Source: an uncultured bacterium
GTDB taxonomy: Bacteria; Margulisbacteria; WOR-1; CAVSGV01
NCBI GenBank assembly: GCA_964354575.1
Contig: CAYHAH010000054.1
Location: forward strand, 1 to 24,936
Direction: 5' to 3'
DNA: 24,936 bases
Shown here: one piece after another, positions 1-8,693 of the stretch
How the letters are laid out: each line of letters opens with the position of its first letter
Position numbering within the stretch: the first letter of the stretch is position 1
Made by a program: the position numbers and the translations under genes
The notes under the pieces: model-generated
The model's input: the letters and a program-made list of their open reading frames with translations, nothing else
Database searches by the model: none
What the model was told of the DNA's origin: nothing

Positions 1-1695
1 AACGGCACGGGAAATTCGGATATTTTCTGCCAGAAAATATCATCGACGGGAGCGCCCCTCTGGTACCCTTACGGCATCTCCGTGTGCGAGGCTCCCGGAA
101 ATCAGGCGAACCTGAAAGCGGTCTCCGACGGCATGGACGGCGCGATAGTCGCCTGGCAGGATCAGAGAACCGGTACTGGCGGGATATTCGCGAGAAGAGT
201 GAACAAAGACGGCAAGGCCATATGGGCTCCCGACGGGAAAACCGTTTGCAGGGTAAGTAACGGCGCGGAGTTCCCTCAAATATCCGTATCAGGGAACGGG
301 AACGCAATGATAGCATGGCAGGATAAAAGGAACGGCGGATTTGACGTATACGCTCAGGGCTTGGACCTGATGGGAGTGGAAAGCTGGAGGAAGGACGGCG
401 CAGGAATAGTCCTGGGTTTCGGATCGGTGACACAGCAAAAGTCCCGGATAAAAAGAACGGGGAGCGGGGAATATATGATCGTATGGGAAGATTACAGGAA
501 CGGTTATTCGAACATATATGCTCAAAAGATCAATAACAGGGGGAAGCTTTTGTGGCCGCTGGACGGGATAAGGGTCTGCAACGCGGAAAGCAACCAAAAT
601 AACCCTGACCTGATAAGCGGCGATAACGGGGAGGCCGTGATCGTGTGGGAAGACACCAGATCCGGCGCCTCCAGGATATATGCCCAGAGGGTGGATGCAT
701 TCGGCAACATGCTGTGGGACGGACGCGGCATACAGCTGTGCCAGACGGATGGGATCGAGATAAATCCAAAACTGGCGAAAGATTCAAAAGGCGGAGCGAT
801 CGTCGCCTGGGAGGATTCAAGGAAAAAAGAAGGCGTATACAATGTATACGCGCAAAGAATAGATCAGAACGGATCCCTTTTGTGGAGGTTCGACGGAGTT
901 GCCGCCAAGATAAGCGATGGAACGCAGGCAAACCCGGACATTGGTTCGGACGGAGAAGAAGGGGCCATAATAACCTGGGAAGAGTACATGCGAAATTCAA
1001 AAACGCCGGATATCTGCGTTCAGAGGATCAGCGGCAGCGGCAATGTACTGTGGACGAACGACGGGCTTTCGGTTTGCAAAGCTCCGGAATCGCAGAAGCA
1101 TCCGAACCTGGGCGTCGGCAGCGACATAATAATCGCCTGGGAGGACAGCGGCGGCGGCAATTACGACATCTACGCCCAAAAATTGAGCAAGGACGGGACG
1201 ATCGCATGGACCTGCGACGGCATACCTGTATGCGCTGCGCCGTTTACCCAGATCGGCCCTAAAATCATGATGGATGAGGATGGCGGAGCCACGTTCGTCT
1301 GGGAGGACTACAGAAAAGCCAACTGGGACATTTTTGCCCAGAGACTCGACGCGGAAGGCAGGCAGGTGTGGGATCTTGACGGCGTTCCCGTATGCAGCGC
1401 GCCTGGCACGCAATATGCCCCGCAATTCGTAAAAAGCAGCGGGATGTCGACAATAATCTCATGGGAAGATTACAGGAACAAAGAAAGCTATAACATTTAT
1501 GCCCAGAAGATCTCCGGATCCGGGGAACTTCTCTGGGAAAATGACGGCATGCCCATATGCGTTACCGAGGGAGGGGCCAGAAGCCCGCAGATGGCGGACG
1601 ACGGGGAGGGCGGCGCGGTCGTCGTCTGGACGGATTACAGATACGGCTCCTACGACATTTACGCGCAAAGAATAAATGAAGCCGAAAATAAGTGA
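1..1695 (+). CDS. 5'-truncated beta-propeller repeat protein (about 55-aa W(E/Q)DxR...IYAQ(R/K)...LW...G..VC repeats)
   Basis: Frame 1 is open from base 1 (NGTGNSDIFCQKISSTGAPLW...), so the track start at 82 is internal. 9 complete and 2 partial repeats counted by eye; stop TGA at 1693-1695. Confidence 0.85.
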   Translation, partial: NGTGNSDIFCQKISSTGAPLWYPYGISVCEAPGNQANLKAVSDGMDGAIVAWQDQRTGTGGIFARRVNKDGKAIWAPDGKTVCRVSNGAEFPQISVSGNGNAMIAWQDKRNGGFDVYAQGLDLMGVESWRKDGAGIVLGFGSVTQQKSRIKRTGSGEYMIVWEDYRNGYSNIYAQKINNRGKLLWPLDGIRVCNAESNQNNPDLISGDNGEAVIVWEDTRSGASRIYAQRVDAFGNMLWDGRGIQLCQTDGIEINPKLAKDSKGGAIVAWEDSRKKEGVYNVYAQRIDQNGSLLWRFDGVAAKISDGTQANPDIGSDGEEGAIITWEEYMRNSKTPDICVQRISGSGNVLWTNDGLSVCKAPESQKHPNLGVGSDIIIAWEDSGGGNYDIYAQKLSKDGTIAWTCDGIPVCAAPFTQIGPKIMMDEDGGATFVWEDYRKANWDIFAQRLDAEGRQVWDLDGVPVCSAPGTQYAPQFVKSSGMSTIISWEDYRNKESYNIYAQKISGSGELLWENDGMPICVTEGGARSPQMADDGEGGAVVVWTDYRYGSYDIYAQRINEAENK

Positions 1696-3001
1696 ACTTC
1701 TCCTAATATTTGCATTGACGGCCCTTTTATCCCATGAATGTTTGTGCGGGCAGGAGCAAAACAAGTTCCTCTGGAGCAAGCAGATAATCCCCGGAATAAA
1801 TTATTCCCATATCAAAAAGCTCACCGATACGGGGGCGCTGCACGTCCACATCTTAAGAATTGATCTGAAGAACGAAAAGATCAACGTGAAGCCGGAGCTG
1901 GCAAAGGGGGTCATAGGGAACCTTGAAACGACGAGCGGCATAGCGATAAGGAATAACGCGATCGCGGCGGTCAACGGCTCGTTCTTCGAAACAAGGAAAA
2001 GGCTCCATCTTCCGGTCGGGTTCATGATAATCAACGGCCAGGTCGTGAACAAGTCCATTCTTGAGAGGACCGCCGTCGGCATAACCAGGGACAAGGACAT
2101 CATATTCGGGATACCCAAAACAAGGGGATATGTGCTGAACCTGAACAACAAAAAAAGCGTTGATGTATGGGGAGTTAACAGGCCCAGAAAAAAAGACGAG
2201 GTGATAATTTACACGGCTGAATACGGCGATACCACCAGAACGAACAAATACGGCAGGGAGATAATAGTCAATGAAAACGGCTCGATAGAAGAGATGGCCG
2301 ACGGCAATTCTCCCATACCAAAAGACGGTTTTGTCGTCTCGCTTCACGGCTGGTCGAGGGATTTTGCCGCGAAGACAAAAAGATCGGATAAGATCGGGCT
2401 TGTTTATGACCTTGCCGAAAAATGGAAATTTGTCGTTCAGGCGGTAACTGGAGGCCCCCTGCTCGTGAAAGACGGGCAGGCCGTGCACAAGGAAAGCCTT
2501 GTAACTGAAAAATTCAATAATGAATTGCTCGCGCCCAGCTCGAGAACGGCAATGGGGGTCTCAAAGGATAAGGAGCTGATACTTGTTGTTGTGGGAGGCG
2601 GAGTAACATACGATGAACTTGCCGAGATAATGAAGGAAGCCGGAGCCGACAATGCCATAGGACTGGACGGCGGTCACACAAGCGCCATGTACATTGACGG
2701 CAGGGTCGTCAATGAGCCGCTGAGCGGCTGGGAGGGCCTGGTAAGCAACGCGATAATCGTCACTTATGACGGATGGAAACTTGCCTCGATCCCAAAAGCA
2801 AGGGTGGTTTACCGGTTCGTTTATAAGCCTCCGAGCGAGGAAATGATAAAGGCGCTCGAGAGCGGCACGGAACTTTCGCCGTCCGCTTACATTCCGAGGC
2901 CGGAAGATTACGGGATGTTCGGATTGTACGACATTTACAACAGGGTGATAAAACCCGTGCTGCCCGTTTTTACGATCCAGCAGCCTTCTTCAGGATCTTA
3001 G
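1676..3001 (+). CDS. Secreted phosphodiester glycosidase family protein (NAGPA/DUF2233-like)
   Basis: N-terminal hydrophobic signal; family motifs [37 protein letters not shown]. Confidence 0.8.
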   Translation: MKPKISELLLIFALTALLSHECLCGQEQNKFLWSKQIIPGINYSHIKKLTDTGALHVHILRIDLKNEKINVKPELAKGVIGNLETTSGIAIRNNAIAAVNGSFFETRKRLHLPVGFMIINGQVVNKSILERTAVGITRDKDIIFGIPKTRGYVLNLNNKKSVDVWGVNRPRKKDEVIIYTAEYGDTTRTNKYGREIIVNENGSIEEMADGNSPIPKDGFVVSLHGWSRDFAAKTKRSDKIGLVYDLAEKWKFVVQAVTGGPLLVKDGQAVHKESLVTEKFNNELLAPSSRTAMGVSKDKELILVVVGGGVTYDELAEIMKEAGADNAIGLDGGHTSAMYIDGRVVNEPLSGWEGLVSNAIIVTYDGWKLASIPKARVVYRFVYKPPSEEMIKALESGTELSPSAYIPRPEDYGMFGLYDIYNRVIKPVLPVFTIQQPSSGS

Positions 3002-4166
3002 CCTTATCTGTTCTCTCCCAGGTCAGGTCAAGATCTGACCTCCCGAAATGGCCGTAAGAAGCGACCTGCCTGAATATGGGCTTCCTCAAGTTGAGCTCCT
3101 TTATTATCATGCCGGGCCTGAAGTCAAAATGCTGGGCAATGATCTCGTTTATTTTTTCGTCCGCTATCTTTCCCGTCCCGAAAGTGTTCACGGACACTGA
3201 GAGAGGCTTCGCGACCCCGATCGCGTATGCCACCTGAACTTCGCACTTATTCGCCAGCCCCGCGGCAACGACGTTCTTAGCCACATACCTCATGATGTAA
3301 GATCCCGACCTGTCAACCTTTGTGGGGTCCTTTCCGGAAAAGCATCCGCCCCCGTGCCGCGCGCTTCCGCCGTAAGTATCGATGATTATCTTCCTTCCGG
3401 TCAGCCCCGTGTCGCCCTGGGGTCCCCCGATGACGAATCTCCCCGTGGGATTCACGTAATATTTCGTGTTCTTGTCGATGTACTGCGCCGGGATTATTTT
3501 CTTTATGACCTGCTCTATAACATCGTTCTTCAGTTTGTCGTATTTGACGTCGGGAGAGTGCTGGGCGGCGATCAGGGCGCTGTCAACTCTTATCGGCCTG
3601 TCTCCTTCGTATTCGATCGTTACCTGGGATTTTCCGTCCGGCCTCAGGTACGGCAGTGTCCCGTTCTTTCTCACTTCCGCGAGGCGCTGGGCAAGCCTGT
3701 GAGCGAACATTATCGGCATGGGCATCAGTTCCGTCGTTTCGTCGGTGGCGTATCCGAACATGAGCCCCTGGTCCCCCGCTCCGAGAGCTTCGAGGTCTTC
3801 GTGTATCACTTCCCCGCCTTTCGCTTCAAAGCTTTTGTCCACTCCCATCGCGATATCCTTTGACTGTTCTTTTATCGAGACAAGCACGCCGCAGGTCTCG
3901 TAGTCAAATCCGATCTCCCTGCTGACGTATCCTATGTCGCGGATCGTGCTTCTCGTAATGGAGGGGATCTCCACATAGCAGCCGGTCGTTATTTCCCCGG
4001 CAACCAGCACCAGGCCGTTGGTCGCGAGCGCTTCACATGCGACCCTCGCCTGCGGGTCTTTCGCGATTATCGCGTCCAATATCGAATCGGCGATCTGGTC
4101 GCACATCTTGTCAGGATGTCCTTCCGTCACGGATTCCGAAGTAAACAGATATGTTTTATTAGCCAA
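2970..4166 (-). CDS. metK: S-adenosylmethionine synthetase
   Basis: Motifs [32 protein letters not shown]. Start placed at TTG 4166, 8 nt after SD GGAGGAG (4175-4181, - strand), rather than at 4208. Confidence 0.97.
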   Translation of the reverse strand: MANKTYLFTSESVTEGHPDKMCDQIADSILDAIIAKDPQARVACEALATNGLVLVAGEITTGCYVEIPSITRSTIRDIGYVSREIGFDYETCGVLVSIKEQSKDIAMGVDKSFEAKGGEVIHEDLEALGAGDQGLMFGYATDETTELMPMPIMFAHRLAQRLAEVRKNGTLPYLRPDGKSQVTIEYEGDRPIRVDSALIAAQHSPDVKYDKLKNDVIEQVIKKIIPAQYIDKNTKYYVNPTGRFVIGGPQGDTGLTGRKIIIDTYGGSARHGGGCFSGKDPTKVDRSGSYIMRYVAKNVVAAGLANKCEVQVAYAIGVAKPLSVSVNTFGTGKIADEKINEIIAQHFDFRPGMIIKELNLRKPIFRQVASYGHFGRSDLDLTWERTDKAKILKKAAGS

Positions 4167-4198
4167 AATGATCACTCCTCCATCAAAAAATTGAGGCA

Positions 4199-4227
4199 AG
4201 TATAACATCGGTATGGTAAAATGTCCA
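4199..4227 (-). promoter_or_regulatory. Sigma70-type promoter of metK
   Basis: On the - strand: TGGACA (4227-4222), 17-nt spacer, TATACT (4204-4199), with an extended -10 TG. Confidence 0.65.
4214..4222 (+). promoter_or_regulatory. Extended -10 promoter of the M15 peptidase gene (probable leaderless transcript)
   Basis: TG-G-TAAAAT; GTG start follows 6 nt later; no SD upstream. Confidence 0.5.
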
Positions 4228-4228
4228 C

Positions 4229-4663
4229 GTGGGGAATCTAAGCGAGCACTACAACCATCAGGATTTTTTCTGCAAATGCGAAGCGTGCAAAGCCAGCAAG
4301 GAATATAAGATACATCTTGGGCTGGTGGGCGTGCTGGAGGCGCTTGCGGTAAAGCTGAACAGGCCCGTCAAGGTAAAAACGGCTTACAGGTGCGAAGCGG
4401 AGAACGAACGGCTGGGCGGCGGCAGGAAGAGCTTCCATTTGCGCGGCAAAGCGGCGCATATATATGTAGACGGCATGAAGCCCCAGGAGCTGTTCAAGAG
4501 CCTGGGGGAGATGGGAGAGGTGAAAGGCATTGGGCTGAACCTGGACGACGGGACCGTGCACATCGACCTGCGCAATGTTCCTGACAGGGAAGAATGGGTC
4601 AAGGAAAAAGGCAAGTACATAACGCTGACCGCGGACAAGAAGCACATCTATGGTCTTGAATAA
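4229..4663 (+). CDS. Peptidase M15A family (Zn D-Ala-D-Ala carboxypeptidase-like) with atypical zinc ligand
   Basis: F-C-K-C N-terminal motif, [15 protein letters not shown] (family pattern SxHxxGxAxD), HIDLR. Confidence 0.82.
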   Translation: MGNLSEHYNHQDFFCKCEACKASKEYKIHLGLVGVLEALAVKLNRPVKVKTAYRCEAENERLGGGRKSFHLRGKAAHIYVDGMKPQELFKSLGEMGEVKGIGLNLDDGTVHIDLRNVPDREEWVKEKGKYITLTADKKHIYGLE

Positions 4664-4667
4664 AAAT

Positions 4668-4725
4668 GTAGGGACGGCCTTTATGGCTGTCCGAAATTTC
4701 GGACAGGGACAAGCCCTGTCCCTAC
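4668..4725. repeat. REPIN-like element: two inverted GTAG-type REP palindromes
   Basis: GTAG-GGACGGCC-TTTAT-GGCTGTCC (4668-4692), spacer GAAATTTC, then the reverse copy, which reads GTAG-GGACAGGG-CTTGT-CCCTGTCC on - (4701-4725). Confidence 0.75.
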
Positions 4726-4728
4726 AAT

Positions 4729-5607
4729 ATGCATAACTACATTGAGCCCTTCCGTTCCTACCTCAAGTCGGAGCTTAATCTTTCGCCGCACACCGTTCTT
4801 GCATACTTAGGGGATGTCGATCAGTTCGTGGGTTTCGTCAAAACAAAGGGCTCGCTATTCGATAACCCCCGGAGGATAGACCCGGCTTTCGCAAGGAGCT
4901 ATCTAAGATGGCTCGAGCTCAAGGACCTTTCAAAAAAATCGGTCGCAAGGAAAATTTCGTCCTGCAGGGCGTTCTTCAGGTACATTTTCCGCGAGGGCAA
5001 AGTAAAACTCAATCCGTTCGAGCACATATTGTCCCCGAAACTAGGCAAAAGGCTCCCCTCTTTCCTGTATCCGGAAGAGGTCATTAAACTGCTGAACGCG
5101 GTGAACCTAAATCAAAAGAACGGCCCGCGCGACCTGGCGATCCTTGAATTGATATACGCTTCGGGCATGAGGGTGGGCGAAGTCGCGAAGCTGAGGGCTG
5201 ACAACATCGACCTGGACAGCGGCGAGGTCCTGGTCCAGGGAAAAGGCGACAAGGAAAGGATCGTCCTGATCGGCTCGCACGCGATCTCTTCGATAAAGAA
5301 ATATCTTGAAACAAGGGCCAAAGATGAAAAAATATTGTTCCTTGGACGGATGGGATCAAGGCTCACGAGCAGGTCAATGGAGAGGATGATAAGGAAATAC
5401 GCGAGGAAGGCGGGGATCGCAAAGCGTGTGACGCCGCATACTCTTAGGCACTCGTTCGCGACGCATCTCCTGAACGGCGGCGCAGACTTGAAAATTGTTC
5501 AGGAGCTTCTTGGCCATTCTTCTCTATCAACGACGCAGATATACACTCATCTCACAAAGGAAAAGCTGAAATCGATTTACGACAAGGCGCATCCTAGGGC
5601 AAAGTGA
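4729..5607 (+). CDS. xerC: Tyrosine recombinase, XerC/XerD family
   Basis: Complete catalytic set: RDLAILELIYASGMRVGE, GKGDKER, HTLRHSFATH, LLGHSSLSTTQIYTH; N-terminal SAM-like domain; 292 aa. xerC versus xerD cannot be decided here. Confidence 0.8.
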   Translation: MHNYIEPFRSYLKSELNLSPHTVLAYLGDVDQFVGFVKTKGSLFDNPRRIDPAFARSYLRWLELKDLSKKSVARKISSCRAFFRYIFREGKVKLNPFEHILSPKLGKRLPSFLYPEEVIKLLNAVNLNQKNGPRDLAILELIYASGMRVGEVAKLRADNIDLDSGEVLVQGKGDKERIVLIGSHAISSIKKYLETRAKDEKILFLGRMGSRLTSRSMERMIRKYARKAGIAKRVTPHTLRHSFATHLLNGGADLKIVQELLGHSSLSTTQIYTHLTKEKLKSIYDKAHPRAK

Positions 5608-5612
5608 CATGC

Positions 5613-5641
5613 TTGACTTTACAAACTCGCTACTTCATAAT
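5613..5641 (+). promoter_or_regulatory. Sigma70-type promoter of the lipoprotein gene
   Basis: TTGACT-17-CATAAT; SD-like AAGGGGGT before ATG 5678. Confidence 0.65.
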
Positions 5642-5677
5642 CTTGTGCGCTAACTAATAACGAAGGGGGTCACTCAA

Positions 5678-6775
5678 ATGAGAAAAAATTCCTGGTTCGG
5701 TGTGCTGATCGTTTCCCTTTGCGTCCTGTCTCTTGCAGTCATTTATGGATGCGGCTCGAATCCGACTGGTGGCGGAGGCGGCGGCGGGGCTTCAGGGCGG
5801 CCTTATTACGGAATAGACAGTCTGGGAGATACCGTTAAATGCTCAATGACCGATACTACTTTCAGCTTGCATTTTGTGACCGGCACAATGGATGGGGTCA
5901 CACTTTCAGGTAAAATAACGCACCTTGCAAGCGGATTATTGAGCGGTGAAATAACAAACTCAAGTGATCCAGATAGGATCCCCCCAGGTGAAACTTTATA
6001 TGCATATGAGATAACCAATGAAGTCCTTGTGATCGGAGGAGGCCCTGAAAACCAGGGAATTATCATGATCTGCCCGGCCTTATCAAATATAGCGCCGTCT
6101 GCATGTACGGCTGAGGGCATAATGATCCCAAATACAAATTGGATTGGCAATCTGGTGGCATGTATGACTGTGGAATTAATAGGATCTAATTCTTACACAT
6201 TTGAGGTAGATCTCTTTGATGTGGCGGGAGCGTATCTGGATTCAACTTCCGAGTCTAATTATCATTTTACCGGAGAAAAGTTATATAAAGCCGATAAACC
6301 GCAGCTTTTCTTTTCCCCAAAGGGAATGTTCGCGGGAACAAACGGCAAACGTGATGGTATTAATTGGGATGACGGCGGGATCGCAGGCACCATGTATGAC
6401 AGCACTGTTTCGACGCTGGAGATCGCTGACGGCTCCCGCACTTATATTGGCATAGCCTTTGACAGGAACACCTTTGATGGTGATGATAAAACGAATATAA
6501 AAGCGATATTAGCCGAGTCATATGCGTCCACCCTTCTCAGAGTATCTTCAATGGATGTTTCGAGCGGCGCAGCGCTCGGCGAGCCAATGGGAACCATTGA
6601 AGTGGGAACGATGAATAATCCAAGCCAGGGGATAATTGACGCGTTATGCGATAGACAGGGAGATACTGTCCCGGCCAAGATGGTGGCATATAAGTATACA
6701 ACTGATAAATACGCCGTCTGCGGATTTACCACTCTCGAGACCGGACCGCTAAGCTTTTTTATCATAGAACAGTAA
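5678..6775 (+). CDS. Hypothetical lipoprotein
   Basis: Basic N-terminus, hydrophobic stretch, lipobox IYG-C (Cys25, 5750-5752), Gly7 linker, then a beta-rich body with no family I recognise. Confidence 0.78.
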   Translation: MRKNSWFGVLIVSLCVLSLAVIYGCGSNPTGGGGGGGASGRPYYGIDSLGDTVKCSMTDTTFSLHFVTGTMDGVTLSGKITHLASGLLSGEITNSSDPDRIPPGETLYAYEITNEVLVIGGGPENQGIIMICPALSNIAPSACTAEGIMIPNTNWIGNLVACMTVELIGSNSYTFEVDLFDVAGAYLDSTSESNYHFTGEKLYKADKPQLFFSPKGMFAGTNGKRDGINWDDGGIAGTMYDSTVSTLEIADGSRTYIGIAFDRNTFDGDDKTNIKAILAESYASTLLRVSSMDVSSGAALGEPMGTIEVGTMNNPSQGIIDALCDRQGDTVPAKMVAYKYTTDKYAVCGFTTLETGPLSFFIIEQ

Positions 6776-6792
6776 AGCGATATTTTATTGAT

Positions 6793-6832
6793 AAGGCCGA
6801 TCGGGCAGGGCGTCCGGTCGGCCTTTTTCTTT
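6793..6832 (+). terminator. Rho-independent terminator
   Basis: 14-bp stem AAGGCCGATCGGGC/GTCCGGTCGGCCTT (two G-U pairs), 5-nt loop, followed by TTTCTTT. Confidence 0.85.
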
Positions 6833-6835
6833 GCC

Positions 6836-6864
6836 TTGACAAAGACCTCCCCCGACCCTATAAT
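6836..6864 (+). promoter_or_regulatory. Consensus sigma70 promoter of the yceD-rpmF-fab operon
   Basis: Perfect TTGACA (6836-6841), 17-nt spacer, TATAAT (6859-6864). Confidence 0.9.
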
Positions 6865-6920
6865 CACCCTTTGTTTACCCGCCGAAGATTCGGCGCTTTG
6901 GCCGAACGAAGGAGGGTTTT

Positions 6921-7448
6921 ATGAAAATCGATGTCTCCGACCTGCTGAAGAGCTTCGGGGTTGAACTTAAGATCGACAGAAGCGAAACCCTATCTTTCCC
7001 TCCGGTTGGCGGGGCGGATAAGGAAGAAAGCCTAAACTTAACGTCCCCGGTTCAGGTCAAGCTTAAATTGATGAACACGGGAGACACGGTTTTAGTCTCC
7101 GGGACGCTTAAAACCAGAGTGAAGCTGTGCTGCTGCCGGTGCCTGAAGGAATTTGACTATCCTCTCAACATAGAAATAGAGGAAGAATACGGCAGGAAAA
7201 AAAGCGCGCTTCCGGGCTCAAAGGACGAAGAGATCGAGCTGAAGGAAAAAGACTTCGTTTTTGAGATAGGCGAAGACAACATAATAGACCTGGACGAAGC
7301 CATAAGACAGAATATAATTGTGTCCTTGCCGATCAAGCCGCTCTGCAGCAAGGCCTGCAAGGTAGCGGCGCCGGCCAGTGAGAATAAAAAAAGCATCGAT
7401 CCCAGGCTGGCGAAGCTGAAATCGTTTAAAATATTAGGAGGGAATTGA
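6921..7448 (+). CDS. yceD: YceD/DUF177 family protein
   Basis: CCRCL, IDLDEAIRQNII, PIKPLC, IDPRLAKL; canonical position before rpmF; SD AAGGAGG. Confidence 0.9.
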   Translation: MKIDVSDLLKSFGVELKIDRSETLSFPPVGGADKEESLNLTSPVQVKLKLMNTGDTVLVSGTLKTRVKLCCCRCLKEFDYPLNIEIEEEYGRKKSALPGSKDEEIELKEKDFVFEIGEDNIIDLDEAIRQNIIVSLPIKPLCSKACKVAAPASENKKSIDPRLAKLKSFKILGGN

Positions 7449-7449
7449 A

Positions 7450-7707
7450 ATGCCTGTACCGAAAAAAAGACACTCGAACACAAGGACCCGGACTAGACGC
7501 GCCAACTGGAAGCTGAAACCGCTGAACCTGGCGGATTGCCCGCAGTGCCACTCAAAGATCTTGTCCCATCATGCCTGCTCCGTATGCGGCACGTACAACG
7601 GAAGGATGGTCCTTAAAATAGAGACCGAGGAAAAGAAAAAACCTGCCAAAGGCAAGGCACATGAAGAAAAAGCCGAGGCAGGCAAAGAGGAGAAGCCCAA
7701 GCATTGA
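7450..7707 (+). CDS. rpmF: 50S ribosomal protein L32, zinc-ribbon type, with a charged C-terminal extension
   Basis: MPVPKKRHS...RR N-terminus, CPQC and CSVC; SD AGGAGG. Confidence 0.95.
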   Translation: MPVPKKRHSNTRTRTRRANWKLKPLNLADCPQCHSKILSHHACSVCGTYNGRMVLKIETEEKKKPAKGKAHEEKAEAGKEEKPKH

Positions 7708-8693
7708 TCCGCATAGCGCTGGACGCAATGGGCGGGGATCATGCGCCTTCTGAAACAATAAAAGGCGCGATCATGGCCATGTCCCTCCTGCCGAACATCG
7801 AAATTATCCTCATCGGACAGGAAGACCGCATATCAAAAGAACTGAAAAATAACAAACGCGTCTCCGGTATAAGCATTTATAATGCGAGCGAGGTCATCTC
7901 CACAAGTGAACATCCCATACAGGCGATAAAGCAGAAAAAAGATTCTTCCATCGTGAAAGGCGTGTCGCTGGTCAAAGAAGGAGGAGCGGATGCTTTTGTT
8001 TCCGCTGGCAATACCGGCGCCTTGATGGCTTCCTCCCTTTTCGGCCTCGGAAGAGTTTCCGGGATCGAAAGGCCCGCGCTGGCCACGATATTCCCCTCCA
8101 AAAAAGGAAGGGTGCTCCTGCTGGACATGGGCGCGAATGTTGACTGCAAGCCCAAGCACCTTGTCTATTTCGCAAAAATGGGGAGCGTTTACTCGGAACA
8201 TGTGCTGAAAATAAAAAATCCGAAGGTCGGGCTTTTGAACATCGGGGAGGAGCCCGAGAAAGGCAACGAGCTTACAACCTCCACCTATCCCCTGCTCAAG
8301 GGATCCGGCCTGAATTTTTCCGGAATGGTGGAAAGCAAGGAAGTATTCTCGGGAAAAGTGGATGTGGTCGTCTGCGACGGGTTCATCGGCAACCTGGTAT
8401 TGAAATTCGGGGAATCCACCGCGACTTTCATTTTTGAAATGCTGGCGGGCGAGCTGAAAAGCCATCCGCTTGCGGCAATGGTCGCGCTTTTCCTGATCCC
8501 CGCCCTGCTTCGGCTGAAAAAGAAAGTGGACTATGATGAATTCGGCGGCGCGGAGCTTCTGGGGATAAACGGCGTCGTCGTGAAAGCCCACGGAAGGGCG
8601 AAGTCGAAAGCCATAATGAACGCCATAAGGGTCGCCGCGGAATCAGTTGAAGGAAAAGTGGTCGATCACATTTCGAAGGTTGGTGAGGCTTAA
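7704..8693 (+). CDS. plsX: Phosphate acyltransferase PlsX
   Basis: IALDAMGGD, SAGNTGA, LLDMGANVD, GLLNIGEE, VKAHG; TTG start overlaps the rpmF stop (TTGA). Confidence 0.96.
   Translation: MIRIALDAMGGDHAPSETIKGAIMAMSLLPNIEIILIGQEDRISKELKNNKRVSGISIYNASEVISTSEHPIQAIKQKKDSSIVKGVSLVKEGGADAFVSAGNTGALMASSLFGLGRVSGIERPALATIFPSKKGRVLLLDMGANVDCKPKHLVYFAKMGSVYSEHVLKIKNPKVGLLNIGEEPEKGNELTTSTYPLLKGSGLNFSGMVESKEVFSGKVDVVVCDGFIGNLVLKFGESTATFIFEMLAGELKSHPLAAMVALFLIPALLRLKKKVDYDEFGGAELLGINGVVVKAHGRAKSKAIMNAIRVAAESVEGKVVDHISKVGEA

Noticed and set aside
4167-4208. N-terminal extension of MetK in the ORF track ([14 protein letters not shown])
   Set aside because: It covers the SD and promoter region; TTG 4166 has a well-spaced GGAGGAG and matches the usual MetK start.
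4167-4228. SAM riboswitch upstream of metK
   Set aside because: The leader is only about 25 nt once the promoter is placed; there is no room and no motif.
4723-4728. TACAAT as a -10 box for xerC
   Set aside because: It abuts the ATG directly, so transcription would start inside the gene; no good -35.
4729-5607. Recombinase as a prophage or island integrase; dif site nearby
   Set aside because: Size and motifs fit chromosomal Xer; no tRNA, att repeats, phage genes or dif-like XerD arm recognised.
5768-5788. Gly7 codon run as a phase-variable repeat
   Set aside because: Mixed synonymous codons (GGT/GGC/GGA/GGG) in triplet units; slippage would not shift frame, so it is a simple linker.
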